This document shows, in pieces, positions 30,065-39,860 of a DNA stretch of 64,000 nt. The notes under the pieces are model-generated. The model saw only the letters and a program-made list of their open reading frames with translations, had not been told where the DNA came from and ran no database searches. A program made the translations under genes and the position numbers. Source of the stretch: a virus; IMG/VR virus record IMGVR_UViG_3300008108_007904; one strand, written 5' to 3'. Every line of letters begins with the position of its first letter. The stretch's first letter is position 1.

Positions 30065-30760
30065 ATGGCAATCAACCCGTCAAACAGTAATGCAATTAAT
30101 ATTGTTAATTTACCATCAGCTCAACTCGCTGTGGCAGGTGACTATTTAATTTTACAGACAAATAACGGTACACAAAAAATTAACTTCAATGACTTTAATG
30201 TTGTTCGAACAGATATCTTCGGTAATGCTACCGTCCTCGGTAATCTTACCGGTAATGATGTAATTGTTGATAATGTTATCACAGCGAATATTACTGCGAG
30301 TAATTTCTTTACAACAAACGGTCAGGGCATTAATGGTGCAAATGGTTTTTATGATAGATTTACCATACAAGACGGTCTCATATTAAGTGCTGACTTAAAT
30401 ACAAAAAATAACCCGGTATACACCGAAATAACACAAACTATACTACCAGCTGCTACAGCATCACTAGCAAATTTGTTTTATAAAATATACGATTACAGCA
30501 GTAGCGCTACTATAATTGCTGGATCAAATGCAACATCAACCATTGCCATCAATCAATTTTTTACAAACTACCCTATAACAATTACACAAATAACTCGCGA
30601 TAAATTTACTGTAGTCCCGACTGTTGGAACACTTACGCAGGTACCTACAATAACGAATATACAGCAAATAGGACAAAACTTACAATTTCAGATAGCTGTT
30701 GGATCAAACGTTGCGAGTAATGTTCAGTTTAACTGGAGACTGCTCGTAACTTACACTTAA
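30065..30760 (+). CDS. Putative virion structural/fibre protein
   Basis: N/T/I-rich, INIVNLPSA...GDYLIL fibre-like N-terminus, late promoter. Confidence 0.55.
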   Translation: MAINPSNSNAINIVNLPSAQLAVAGDYLILQTNNGTQKINFNDFNVVRTDIFGNATVLGNLTGNDVIVDNVITANITASNFFTTNGQGINGANGFYDRFTIQDGLILSADLNTKNNPVYTEITQTILPAATASLANLFYKIYDYSSSATIIAGSNATSTIAINQFFTNYPITITQITRDKFTVVPTVGTLTQVPTITNIQQIGQNLQFQIAVGSNVASNVQFNWRLLVTYT

Positions 30761-30972
30761 TCACGAGCGTGAAACAATAAAGCTTTAGTAATTCTCCCGA
30801 GAGCTTTATTAGGATGTACACCCTCATCAACCAGCCTTTTATATTCACGCTTAAAGGAACCTACAAACTCTTCTGAGAGTTGAAAATTACGTGGATAAAA
30901 ACTCTTCTTTACGGTTTTGATAGGCGTAAAGTTTTCTTTAATTTGTGATATAATTTTATCAAACGCATTCAT
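30757..30972 (-). CDS. Small late protein (putative internal head protein)
   Basis: TATAAATA at 30978-30985; N-terminus MNAFDKIISQIKE. Confidence 0.6.
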   Translation of the reverse strand: MNAFDKIISQIKENFTPIKTVKKSFYPRNFQLSEEFVGSFKREYKRLVDEGVHPNKALGRITKALLFHARD

Positions 30973-31000
30973 ATTAGTATTTATACATTATAGCGTATTG

Positions 31001-31672
31001 TTAGTATAAAATGTTTTGATAGTATAGAACTGGTACACTGTCTTTTACTCTTGTATAATTTTTAATATTAATGTCTTGTAGCTTTTTTATATATGACATG
31101 TCTACAAGATCAGGATATACGTACCAATCTTCAAATGGACCTGATTTCAAATTACCAACATCAGAGAATACTCTTAAATAGCCTGCGTCAGCAAATATTT
31201 TTCTTGACCGTGCTCTCGTAATGACATATTGCCAATCTTGTCGATATATATCATGCTCAAACGTTATAGTGGTAAATTTGTATGTGCTCATAACATGAGT
31301 CTTAAGAGATAAAAGTGTGTTTATTGTCGAATTATCGCTCACTTCAAGATCTATCTGCAAATAATCAATAATTGGAGGTGCTTTAGAATTGCTAAGCAGT
31401 GTGCTATAATCTATTGTTGATGCATCATGTATAATATGTACACTCTCTTGTCTATCTTTCTTATATAAAGGTAAAAAATTAATATTAGAGTCTATCATGA
31501 TACCTTTCCATCCATACTTTTTCTCGAGTAAAAAGGTGTTACTTCTTTTTTTAGGGTGATTAGAGCCTAACTCTAAAAAATAGCCGTTGTGTTTTTTTGC
31601 AAGAACACTGACGATAAATTTATCTTGCTCTAGCTGACCATAAAAAATATTATCTATTTCTTGCTTTATCAA
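31001..31672 (-). CDS. FkbM-like methyltransferase
   Basis: GQLEQD, FLELGS, SNT..LE...GWKG, IDYLQID.E, FEH, EDWY. Confidence 0.8.
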   Translation of the reverse strand: MIKQEIDNIFYGQLEQDKFIVSVLAKKHNGYFLELGSNHPKKRSNTFLLEKKYGWKGIMIDSNINFLPLYKKDRQESVHIIHDASTIDYSTLLSNSKAPPIIDYLQIDLEVSDNSTINTLLSLKTHVMSTYKFTTITFEHDIYRQDWQYVITRARSRKIFADAGYLRVFSDVGNLKSGPFEDWYVYPDLVDMSYIKKLQDINIKNYTRVKDSVPVLYYQNILY

Positions 31673-32396
31673 GAATTATATCTTTCATTATTTTTTGCTT
31701 ATGATCTTCTTCTTTAGTTATATCCTTCTGTACCTTGAGCAGTTGCTCCATCATGTCAATATTTTCTGTACTAAAGATAGAATTATCTTCAACAAGATTA
31801 CCGGTATCGTTAATATAGAGCTTTACCATCTCTATACGCTCTGCGGGAGAGCCAAATATCTCAATAATCGGTGGCCTGTCGTCATCAGGGAAAAATGGCG
31901 ATTTACCGGTATGGTATAATCCGTGTGATATAACTTTAAATATATTGTCAATCTCCGCAATATATGCTGGATCTGTCTCTCTATTATCTTTATGTATTAT
32001 CGGTACAGGAGATACATTCGTAATAGGTAGGAAGAATATAATATCAAGATAATTCATACTCTCCTTGACTAGTGGTATACACTCGCGTATAAAGTCATCA
32101 TCGATATCTGAAGTGTTCTTTGCATTACTCCAGAGTGAATAAACAATATTATCTAAACAACATCTATCAAATATAATATTATCACTTTTTGAGGTAGATT
32201 TAATATCAGTTAAAATTAACTTCAATATTTCAAGTTGTGATTCTTTAGTTACCTCTTTATTGAGTTTAATATTATTTTCTTTTATATACGCTCTATATGA
32301 CTCTGTCGACCGCTTATACATCGGCCACCTGTTAATAATATCGTTGACAAGAGTGGATTTTCCTTGACACGCTGATCCTGATATGGCAATTCTCAT
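31650..32396 (-). CDS. P-loop NTPase/nucleotide kinase (AAA_28-like)
   Basis: GSACQGKST, FDRCCLDNIVY. Confidence 0.8.
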   Translation of the reverse strand: MRIAISGSACQGKSTLVNDIINRWPMYKRSTESYRAYIKENNIKLNKEVTKESQLEILKLILTDIKSTSKSDNIIFDRCCLDNIVYSLWSNAKNTSDIDDDFIRECIPLVKESMNYLDIIFFLPITNVSPVPIIHKDNRETDPAYIAEIDNIFKVISHGLYHTGKSPFFPDDDRPPIIEIFGSPAERIEMVKLYINDTGNLVEDNSIFSTENIDMMEQLLKVQKDITKEEDHKQKIMKDIILDKARNR

Positions 32397-32457
32397 TTTT
32401 ATTCTATTTATATATTATACACTATACTTTTAATATCTATACATCTTTATAAACATT

Positions 32458-33645
32458 ATGCTTTTCGCTAAAGACCACATTTCCCCGGAAAATAAACATA
32501 CAACTATTTTCTCACATCTAAACTACAGCCGTATGTGTGCTAATTTTATAGCAAATACGCACAGCGTAACACAAGATAATTTATGTGATACGAGTAAATG
32601 TATTTATGTTTATAATTTGCGTAATTCATGGCATGCAACTTGCGAGCATGTAAATGATTTGACAGATATTATTGATATATCTATAATTAACCGCGCAATT
32701 AACGGCAAAGCTCTTATTATATTAAGTCAGGCACATGAATTTCATAGTGTTACTAACAAAGGTATTGAAAAAATATATACTCTGCTTGACAAATATAAAA
32801 TACCTCTAAAGCAATTAATTTTATTCTCTAACAACTTTGAACGCGAGCCTATCTTATATAAAGTTAATGGTATAAAGGTATGTGAGTTTAATTATTTTGA
32901 ACTAGTAGTAAAACATTCTATAGAGCAAATCGATATGCACGCCTCGCACAAGCGTCGTATTACTAATATACACACAGAGTCAGACATAAAAAGATTTCTA
33001 TGTCTCAACAGACAACCAAAAGACTCACGATATGAAACCGTTTTTAGTTTGTGGAAACATAATATACTTCCAAACACACTCTGTAGTTTACAACTGTTCA
33101 ATGAAAATGACACGTTGTATACCTTACCGCATACAGAAAAACTCTTTAAGCAACCAGAGTTTCAAAAATTTACAAAAGTTTTACCTCTTAGTGCAGATAA
33201 TGTTGAATTAAAATTTAATCAGTGGGATACTTATAACAGCAATTTTATCGAAAACGTAGGTATTAATATTATTACTGAAACACTTGTTCATCACTGCTTT
33301 GCTAACAGTGTTTTTTTTACAGAAAAAATATATAAATGTATGCTTTACTCTATGCCGTTCATTACTGTAGCACAGCCTAATTTTTTAACGTTTTTAAAGC
33401 GTTGCGGCTATCGCACTTTTTCATCTTTTTGGGATGAAAGTTATGATGTTGTTATAGACTGGTCGGATAGATTACGATATCTAATTAATACACTTAAATA
33501 CTTAAACGAATTAAGTGTAACAGAATTTAATAACATTCTTAGGAGAGCGATACCTATTACAACACACAACTATATACACATGATGCAATCTAATAGTGAT
33601 AGTCTCATATTTAAACTGCTTTACGATGCTTATAGTGAGCTTTAA
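32458..33645 (+). CDS. Glycosyltransferase-like protein of phage glycan islands
   Basis: FLCLNR, IITET, FFTEKIYK, PFI, GYRTF..FWDESYD. Confidence 0.6.
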   Translation: MLFAKDHISPENKHTTIFSHLNYSRMCANFIANTHSVTQDNLCDTSKCIYVYNLRNSWHATCEHVNDLTDIIDISIINRAINGKALIILSQAHEFHSVTNKGIEKIYTLLDKYKIPLKQLILFSNNFEREPILYKVNGIKVCEFNYFELVVKHSIEQIDMHASHKRRITNIHTESDIKRFLCLNRQPKDSRYETVFSLWKHNILPNTLCSLQLFNENDTLYTLPHTEKLFKQPEFQKFTKVLPLSADNVELKFNQWDTYNSNFIENVGINIITETLVHHCFANSVFFTEKIYKCMLYSMPFITVAQPNFLTFLKRCGYRTFSSFWDESYDVVIDWSDRLRYLINTLKYLNELSVTEFNNILRRAIPITTHNYIHMMQSNSDSLIFKLLYDAYSEL

Positions 33646-34400
33646 ACCTTTAAAGCTTTGTCCCAGATAACCAATTGTAAGCGTGGGCTGAATTTTACGC
33701 CCATACACTTTGCATATTCTGCAACTGCAGCAGCTCTTTGAGAGTGCTCTTCACGTGAACCGCAGCAAGGCATAAACCATATACGCTTTGTTGGTATATT
33801 TATGCCTTCGTCATCACGTACATACTTGTTCCATATTTCCTCTATATCACTATCAGTAGTTATTACGAACTTAAATCCAGAGTTATTCAATACATGCCAT
33901 TTAAGAACTTCAGGCTTATACGTCTTCTCCACTGGATCACCGTTCGTCGACAGCTTAGGTGAAGTTGTGAATGTAGCTCTATAATGTGCTACCCATTCGT
34001 TATCGGGCATAATAGTAGCGTTTGTTTCAAAGTCAATTCTCGGTAAGAATCCATATCGCTCAATAAAGCAGTTTATAAACTTTAAAAGCTGCTTTTGCTG
34101 TACAAGCGGTTCACCACCTGTAATTTTTAAAATACTACCGTCTTGAAGATAGTTAATGTGAAAGCTTTTTTCCATCATTGTAAAAATCTCTTGAAAAGTC
34201 ATTTTATTCTTTACAGACCAAGAGACGTAAGAATCACAACCATGCGGAGAGTCATCTGATATAAACTTATTACATGTAAGATTACACATTGACAGTCTCA
34301 TAAAGACAGACGGTGTTCCGATATATTCACCTTCACCCTCAATTGTGTAAAATATTTTATCATCACTTAAGAAAAGCGTCTCTTCATCAATGTTTATCAT
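33642..34400 (-). CDS. queE: 7-carboxy-7-deazaguanine synthase (radical SAM)
   Basis: FYTIEGEG...G.PSVF.R...CNLTC, ITGGEP, ETN, SPKL, KFVI, RLQ. Confidence 0.92.
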   Translation of the reverse strand: MINIDEETLFLSDDKIFYTIEGEGEYIGTPSVFMRLSMCNLTCNKFISDDSPHGCDSYVSWSVKNKMTFQEIFTMMEKSFHINYLQDGSILKITGGEPLVQQKQLLKFINCFIERYGFLPRIDFETNATIMPDNEWVAHYRATFTTSPKLSTNGDPVEKTYKPEVLKWHVLNNSGFKFVITTDSDIEEIWNKYVRDDEGINIPTKRIWFMPCCGSREEHSQRAAAVAEYAKCMGVKFSPRLQLVIWDKALKV

Positions 34401-34461
34401 ACAGTAATGATTGTAAGGGTTAATTATGGTTAATCAAGAGAAATGTAATAAGTACTTGTAC

Positions 34462-35244
34462 ATGAGTAAATCCAAGAAAAACAACGTTGCTGTTGTAAAT
34501 GTTGAGCCGCCAACTGACAATTCACCTTATATAGCACAACGTGATAAAATCGATTTTGAGTTAAAGGTCAAAGAGCTTCCGTGGACAGAAAAGCAAAAAG
34601 AAATTATAAATCTTTTTCTCAATAAGAAAACAAAATTAATGTTATTAAAGGGCCCGGCGGGCACAAGTAAGACAATTTTGTCAATGTATCTTGGGTTACA
34701 GTTGTTAAATGCAAAAAAAGTCTCAGATATCGTACTTGTACGCTCTGCTGTTGAGAGCTCTGAATCTAAACTTGGGTATCTTCCTGGAGATATGATGGAG
34801 AAGTTCGGTGTATATCTCACACCGTTTAACGAAAAATTTAACGAGTTAATTACTGATATGCAGATTAAGCGTCTCGAGAAAGATAACCGAATTGCCGTTT
34901 GCCCTATAAATTTCGCTCGTGGTTTACATTTTTCAGTAAAGTTTGTATGCTGCGATGAAAGTCAAAATTTAACTATACGTGAATTGCAAACCTTGTTTAC
35001 ACGTATTGGTGAATTTAGCAAAGTAATGATTTGCGGTGACCCGGATCAAAGCGATTTACCACCCGGTAAATCTGGCTTCAATGCGGTTTATAATGCTTTT
35101 AATAATGATGACGCAAAAGCTCATGGTATACACTGTATAGAACTTACTGAGGATCATATTGTGAGATCAGAGTTGTGTAAATATGTTACACATATATTCA
35201 AGCAGATACCTTGCGGAACTACGAAGCAGCTCCTAAATTCTTGA
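34462..35244 (+). CDS. phoH: PhoH-like ATPase
   Basis: GPAGTSKT, LGYLPG, RG, DESQN, TRIG, GD..QSD, IVRS. Start set at ATG 34462. Confidence 0.92.
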   Translation: MSKSKKNNVAVVNVEPPTDNSPYIAQRDKIDFELKVKELPWTEKQKEIINLFLNKKTKLMLLKGPAGTSKTILSMYLGLQLLNAKKVSDIVLVRSAVESSESKLGYLPGDMMEKFGVYLTPFNEKFNELITDMQIKRLEKDNRIAVCPINFARGLHFSVKFVCCDESQNLTIRELQTLFTRIGEFSKVMICGDPDQSDLPPGKSGFNAVYNAFNNDDAKAHGIHCIELTEDHIVRSELCKYVTHIFKQIPCGTTKQLLNS

Positions 35245-35632
35245 GTTCTTCAAGAGCTTTAAGTACATTATTGTTTGCTGCAGTCAAATCATCAGTTGTT
35301 TGATCTTTGAGATCAACTGATCCAGAGCGTAATGTCTTTACACCATCATTGTCGCTTAGACCTATTTGTTGAGCAATAATATTAAGTGTATCTTTTAAAT
35401 TATTCTCTATGTGCTGAAAATGAGGATCACGCTCAAAAGGTGGTAAAATATTGCCTGAAGAAACGAGACCTGTTGTATCGATACTTGGCTTACCCTTTAT
35501 TTGTCTATCGTAAATATTAGATAGATCATCTTGTGTTTGAAGAAAAGGTAATTGTGTTTCTTTTTGTTTTTGCGGTACAATATAATCAGATATATCTCCG
35601 CCGTATATCTGATGTCTATGCTCAGGTGACAT
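35219..35632 (-). CDS. Hypothetical protein
   Basis: ATG at 35632 overlaps the queD stop (TGATG). Confidence 0.55.
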   Translation of the reverse strand: MSPEHRHQIYGGDISDYIVPQKQKETQLPFLQTQDDLSNIYDRQIKGKPSIDTTGLVSSGNILPPFERDPHFQHIENNLKDTLNIIAQQIGLSDNDGVKTLRSGSVDLKDQTTDDLTAANNNVLKALEELKNLGAAS

Positions 35633-36255
35633 CAGACACCCCAACTTGTACCTGCAAAAGGGTTTGACCACCCGGAGCTAACCTGATTACCTACTCGTGC
35701 AGGTATCGGCTCATTTTGATGCTGCGGATTTACTTGTGTCGTAATCGACTGTTCTTGTGATTGTGTAGTATCCTTCACTTCTTTCTGCACTATTCTATCA
35801 TTGTAGCAGGTATCGTTATTAACGAATAAGGCTGAATTTTTCTCATGCTCCCAAACTTCGACTTTGTTGACCCAACATCTATTATTTGTTTGTGATCGAA
35901 TAATTCTATTAGCTGTTTTGAAGCACCATTCTGCAGTTCTTTCAATACCTACACCGTCAGGCATGACCCTTAAATCACAAGCACCGAGCTCATGTAGTTG
36001 CTTAAAATGACTCAGTAAAGGATCATCAGCAGCTACACAGAAGGTATGATCAAATTGTTTCTCAAGAGCTACCTTTAATTCCTTCAAACCACCAAAGTCG
36101 ACAACCCAGTTCTTATTATCCAACTCATTACAACAAAACCAGAATTTAGCAACTAGTCTATAACCATGAATAAACTTACAGTGACTGTGATCTGCTCTCC
36201 ATTGACGAAATGCGCAGCTACCTAAATCAATTACTTTTGTGCTCTCAAAACTCAT
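35632..36255 (-). CDS. queD: 6-carboxytetrahydropterin synthase
   Basis: HCKFIHGY, WVVDFG.LK, FDH, VWEHEKN. Start at ATG 36255 behind a TTGAAC-N16-TATAAT promoter. Confidence 0.92.
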   Translation of the reverse strand: MSFESTKVIDLGSCAFRQWRADHSHCKFIHGYRLVAKFWFCCNELDNKNWVVDFGGLKELKVALEKQFDHTFCVAADDPLLSHFKQLHELGACDLRVMPDGVGIERTAEWCFKTANRIIRSQTNNRCWVNKVEVWEHEKNSALFVNNDTCYNDRIVQKEVKDTTQSQEQSITTQVNPQHQNEPIPARVGNQVSSGWSNPFAGTSWGV

Positions 36256-36361
36256 AAAAGGTATTATAACATCAATTCCACCGCGTTCAACTATTTTATT
36301 AACTTTTTCTAAATTCTTATATCTATACCTAAGAATATTATAACCAACGTTGGTCAGGAAA

Positions 36362-36604
36362 TCAACTATTTTTTTGCAAATTTTCAATACTTTCAAGAAT
36401 ATTAATAACGTATTGATTAAAAGATTCGTTGGTTTTTTTAGACTTACCAGCGGTTTGTAGAGCTATTGCAACTGCTTGTTTTTGCGCAGCTTTCTTAGAT
36501 TTTGGATGCGATGTACCGATTTTACCGGTTTTTTTATACTTGCTCATTTCTTTCTTTATATTAGAAGAAATAGCCTTACTTGATGTTCCCTTTTTTAATG
36601 GCAT
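36362..36604 (-). CDS. Small basic protein (KQAVAIAL motif, DUF6496-like)
   Basis: MPLKKGTSSKAISSNI...KQAVAIAL. Confidence 0.65.
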   Translation of the reverse strand: MPLKKGTSSKAISSNIKKEMSKYKKTGKIGTSHPKSKKAAQKQAVAIALQTAGKSKKTNESFNQYVINILESIENLQKNS

Positions 36605-36609
36605 AAAAT

Positions 36610-37173
36610 TTACTTAGTCATAGCTACCCAGTGTCTTTTTTTATTATTGTATGTAATAGTAGCCTTTGCACTATCAATATAGCGCGATTTACCTTTAGGT
36701 ATTTTTTCTTTATAGAAAAATAATTCCGGTACACGCTGTTTTACAAGTGCTACAGCACTGCCATACTGTGGATGCTTAAACAACTTAACAAATACATACT
36801 CACCAGCGACTTTAATTATTTTACCAGCAAATACCTTTCCATTCATGACAATATTAAAGTAATCGCGATCATTAAATTTTGGGACAACTTCTTTTTTATT
36901 AGTTTGCTTTAGAGTTGCAGGCTCTTCAGGTTTTGCCCATGCCGTACTTGGATCAGGACTTATAATGTTTGCAGCACCTTTAAGAGCTCTTGAGACAGCC
37001 TCCGGGCCTGCGGGTTTATAAGGATCTTTAAGCGCACCTGCCACTGTGCCAGCACCGTGTAATGTTTTAGCAATACCTCGGCGCCAGCTCGACGGCGATA
37101 CCACGCGCTTAGCATATGTACCTAGAGACGCTTCATTTAACACTAATTTCGCTAATTCATCAAATTTACTCAT
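36610..37173 (-). CDS. Hypothetical late protein (putative internal head protein)
   Basis: N-terminus MSKFDELAKLVLNE. Confidence 0.6.
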   Translation of the reverse strand: MSKFDELAKLVLNEASLGTYAKRVVSPSSWRRGIAKTLHGAGTVAGALKDPYKPAGPEAVSRALKGAANIISPDPSTAWAKPEEPATLKQTNKKEVVPKFNDRDYFNIVMNGKVFAGKIIKVAGEYVFVKLFKHPQYGSAVALVKQRVPELFFYKEKIPKGKSRYIDSAKATITYNNKKRHWVAMTK

Positions 37174-37592
37174 AATGTTATAAAATCTTTATACAATTCC
37201 ATCATATCCCCTTCGCTGCAGCCAGATTGTTGTAGAAATGTCTCAACTTCATCAAGACTCGTACAATTTATAATTTGTGTAAATAAAGGGTCACATTCCT
37301 GTAACTGTAATCGCTGTAAAATAAATTTTTTAAGCTCATCAAGGGTATTTGACTCACAATCATTATCCGTGGGCTCTATACTCGATGCAGGTAGTGTTTC
37401 GATACCTACTGTCGGTTGTACCATTAAAATCTTGACAATACCATCATTCTCTTCCAGTACATAACCTTCATAAGACGGGCACTCACTTAAATCATCAGCA
37501 TGTGGTATTGTAGATGGATCGACTTTAATCCGTACGCGCTGCAATGCGGTAAGCTTATTAAAGCATGTCTCAAGCAATAAATCAAATTTCAC
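37170..37592 (-). CDS. Hypothetical late protein
   Basis: GTG at 37592 lies 5 nt after TATAAATA (37598-37605); begins MKFDLLLE. Confidence 0.6.
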   Translation of the reverse strand: MKFDLLLETCFNKLTALQRVRIKVDPSTIPHADDLSECPSYEGYVLEENDGIVKILMVQPTVGIETLPASSIEPTDNDCESNTLDELKKFILQRLQLQECDPLFTQIINCTSLDEVETFLQQSGCSEGDMMELYKDFITL

Positions 37593-37650
37593 AATAATAT
37601 TTATAGTTGAAAACACCGTATTCAGGTAATATAATGTAACAACAATTATT

Positions 37651-38304
37651 ATGGAAGAATATACGAAAGAAGTACGCATTAAATACGCAAATGGTAATCA
37701 TCCTCATACTGACGAGGAAAAGAGAACAATTATAGAGAGAGCCGCAAAGGCATATGAGAGCTATTTAGATGCTCTCGGCTTTGATTGGAGAAATGATCCG
37801 AATAGTACTAACACACCTCTTCGTGTTGCAAAAGCTTTTGTAAATGACCTCGCTGCAGGTTGCTATAATGAACCACCGAAAGTTACTTCGTTTCCGAGTA
37901 ATGGTTATGATGGCATTGTATTTCAAGGCGGCATTCCTGTAAAGAGCATGTGTAGTCATCATCACCTCGCGTTTACAGGTGTAGCTCATGTGGCATATAT
38001 ACCATCATTAGATGGTCGTGTTATCGGTCTCTCAAAATTAAACAGAATTGTTGAATTTTACGCGCGTCGTCCGCAAATTCAAGAAGGTCTCACTATACAG
38101 ATTCACGATGCAATTAACGAAGTATGCGAGAAAAATCGCGGTGTTGCTGTTGTAGTTAGCGCTACACATACATGTGCATGTAATCGCGGCGTTAAACACG
38201 ACGGGTGTGAGATGAAGACAAGCAAGCTTAGTGGTGATTTTATGGCAGATGCAGCAACACGGGCTGAATTTTATACATTTGTAGCAAACATGAAGAAGCT
38301 ATAA
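37651..38304 (+). CDS. folE: GTP cyclohydrolase I
   Basis: TPLRVAKA, SMCSHH, GLSKLNR, RPQIQE, HTC...RG. Confidence 0.95.
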   Translation: MEEYTKEVRIKYANGNHPHTDEEKRTIIERAAKAYESYLDALGFDWRNDPNSTNTPLRVAKAFVNDLAAGCYNEPPKVTSFPSNGYDGIVFQGGIPVKSMCSHHHLAFTGVAHVAYIPSLDGRVIGLSKLNRIVEFYARRPQIQEGLTIQIHDAINEVCEKNRGVAVVVSATHTCACNRGVKHDGCEMKTSKLSGDFMADAATRAEFYTFVANMKKL

Positions 38305-38793
38305 GCTCACATCGATAAGTGCGCCGATATCGCGTATAAACGGCTCACCTATCAATACCGGTTCATCATTTTCAGAGCGGTCTGCAAGACTGAAAGGTAT
38401 GTTGCGGTAAACTTTATCCTTTAGCTTAATATCAAGAGCAACAACAGGTCTTTCTTCCTTTACACCACTGCCGATATGTATAACTGTCGTATCAACAAGT
38501 GGTGCTGACATTTTTTTATCATTTACAGTTGTAAATGTAACGACATCGCCGTCAATATTAGTGTTTAGCCCGTGTAATACATTATACGCCTCATTACCGC
38601 TATCTATTTTTGCGGCAACCACTCCGATGCCATTAATGAAAATATTTTCTACTACTGGTAAAATTAACTTTGCATCAGCATCTTCCTTAACACAATTGTT
38701 AACAAGCTTGCCGTTTTTTTTCTTAAGACCCCTCTTAACATACCCCTTCCAGCACTTTTTTTCATTAAAAAATTCTTTAAACGTTAATTGCAC
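38299..38793 (-). CDS. Retropepsin-like (RimK-associated) protease with an N-terminal CWKGY module
   Basis: AKIDSG, ERPVV, FSLADRS..VLIG. Late promoter at 38799-38806. Confidence 0.7.
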   Translation of the reverse strand: MQLTFKEFFNEKKCWKGYVKRGLKKKNGKLVNNCVKEDADAKLILPVVENIFINGIGVVAAKIDSGNEAYNVLHGLNTNIDGDVVTFTTVNDKKMSAPLVDTTVIHIGSGVKEERPVVALDIKLKDKVYRNIPFSLADRSENDEPVLIGEPFIRDIGALIDVSL

Positions 38794-38854
38794 ACAATTA
38801 TTTATAATATAAATTGTAATATTTTAGTAGCCTAGAAATTAAATATAAATAGCT

Positions 38855-39403
38855 ATGTTCGCAAAAGATATTGAATTACTGAACGAAATCTACGTACAAA
38901 AAATAACCGAAATGGGTATCGGGCCGAGAGGTGATAATGACAGTATGCAACCATCAGTATCTAAGGTTAATCATGTTGAAATGCCTCCTCACAGACAGTG
39001 CGGTCAATGTAGTGATGAAGAATGTGAAGGTTCAGTAAATCATGAAGATACAAACGCGGGAATGGTTAAGCAAAGTTTATTTAGGCTTGTAAAGCTTTCA
39101 GCAATGTTACATGATTTAGTTGCAAAACATAGCAGCGCAGAGCCGTGGGTATTAAGTAAAGTGACAGAAGCTCTTAATCACATCGAATCTGTTTATGGCT
39201 ATATGGACTATGAAACATATCGTCAACAGGTCGATACGGATATAGAGAATATTGAAGAAGAAACAGAGCAAGATCTTTATAATTCTATAGCCAATGGCGG
39301 TGAGACGATTATTAATAAGATCCGTACAGTACTTTCAAGAGAATCTAAAGAGCAAATAGAAGATTTTTTATATGAAGCTATTACAGCTCTCGAAAGCCGA
39401 TAG
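38855..39403 (+). CDS. Hypothetical late protein
   Basis: TATAAATA at 38844-38851; begins MFAKDIELLNEIY. Confidence 0.65.
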   Translation: MFAKDIELLNEIYVQKITEMGIGPRGDNDSMQPSVSKVNHVEMPPHRQCGQCSDEECEGSVNHEDTNAGMVKQSLFRLVKLSAMLHDLVAKHSSAEPWVLSKVTEALNHIESVYGYMDYETYRQQVDTDIENIEEETEQDLYNSIANGGETIINKIRTVLSRESKEQIEDFLYEAITALESR

Positions 39404-39844
39404 TTATTGAACGTACGGGCTCTTTTTCTTCATACTGTTAACAATAACATTATATTTTTGCATAAAATTATTCTCGTTAACAGAGTTAACAAACTTTTTA
39501 AAATTGGGGTTGTTGAGTCTCTCGATATTATCTGATTTCACTTCATTTTCGTTCATTACAAACTTAAGTTTATTTTGTATATCGAATGCATTTTCTTTTG
39601 TGATATTGTCACCGGTGAAAATTGCGTCAATTTCACCAGCAGGTATATCCATCACTAATGCTTTAGCGAGCATTTTAACAAGACTTACATATCCCTCAGG
39701 AGCAACAGCTTGTGGAGTATTATCAGTAGCAGGCTTAGGTTGCGCATTAGGATCAGGTGTAGTGGCGTCCTGTGGACTACCTTGCTCTACATCTTGCTCT
39801 ATTAATGTTGTAATATATTCATTATACTTTGTTAAAAAGGCCAT
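39404..39844 (-). CDS. Hypothetical late protein
   Basis: CATAAATA 5 nt before ATG. Confidence 0.65.
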   Translation of the reverse strand: MAFLTKYNEYITTLIEQDVEQGSPQDATTPDPNAQPKPATDNTPQAVAPEGYVSLVKMLAKALVMDIPAGEIDAIFTGDNITKENAFDIQNKLKFVMNENEVKSDNIERLNNPNFKKFVNSVNENNFMQKYNVIVNSMKKKSPYVQ

Positions 39845-39860
39845 ATAGTTATTTATGTTA

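Noticed and set aside
36256-36396. N-terminal extensions in the ORF track for queD (also portal, phoH, gp47, 37170 and 28567 genes)
   Set aside because: The extensions overlap promoters or neighbouring genes. Downstream starts match family N-termini and promoter spacing.
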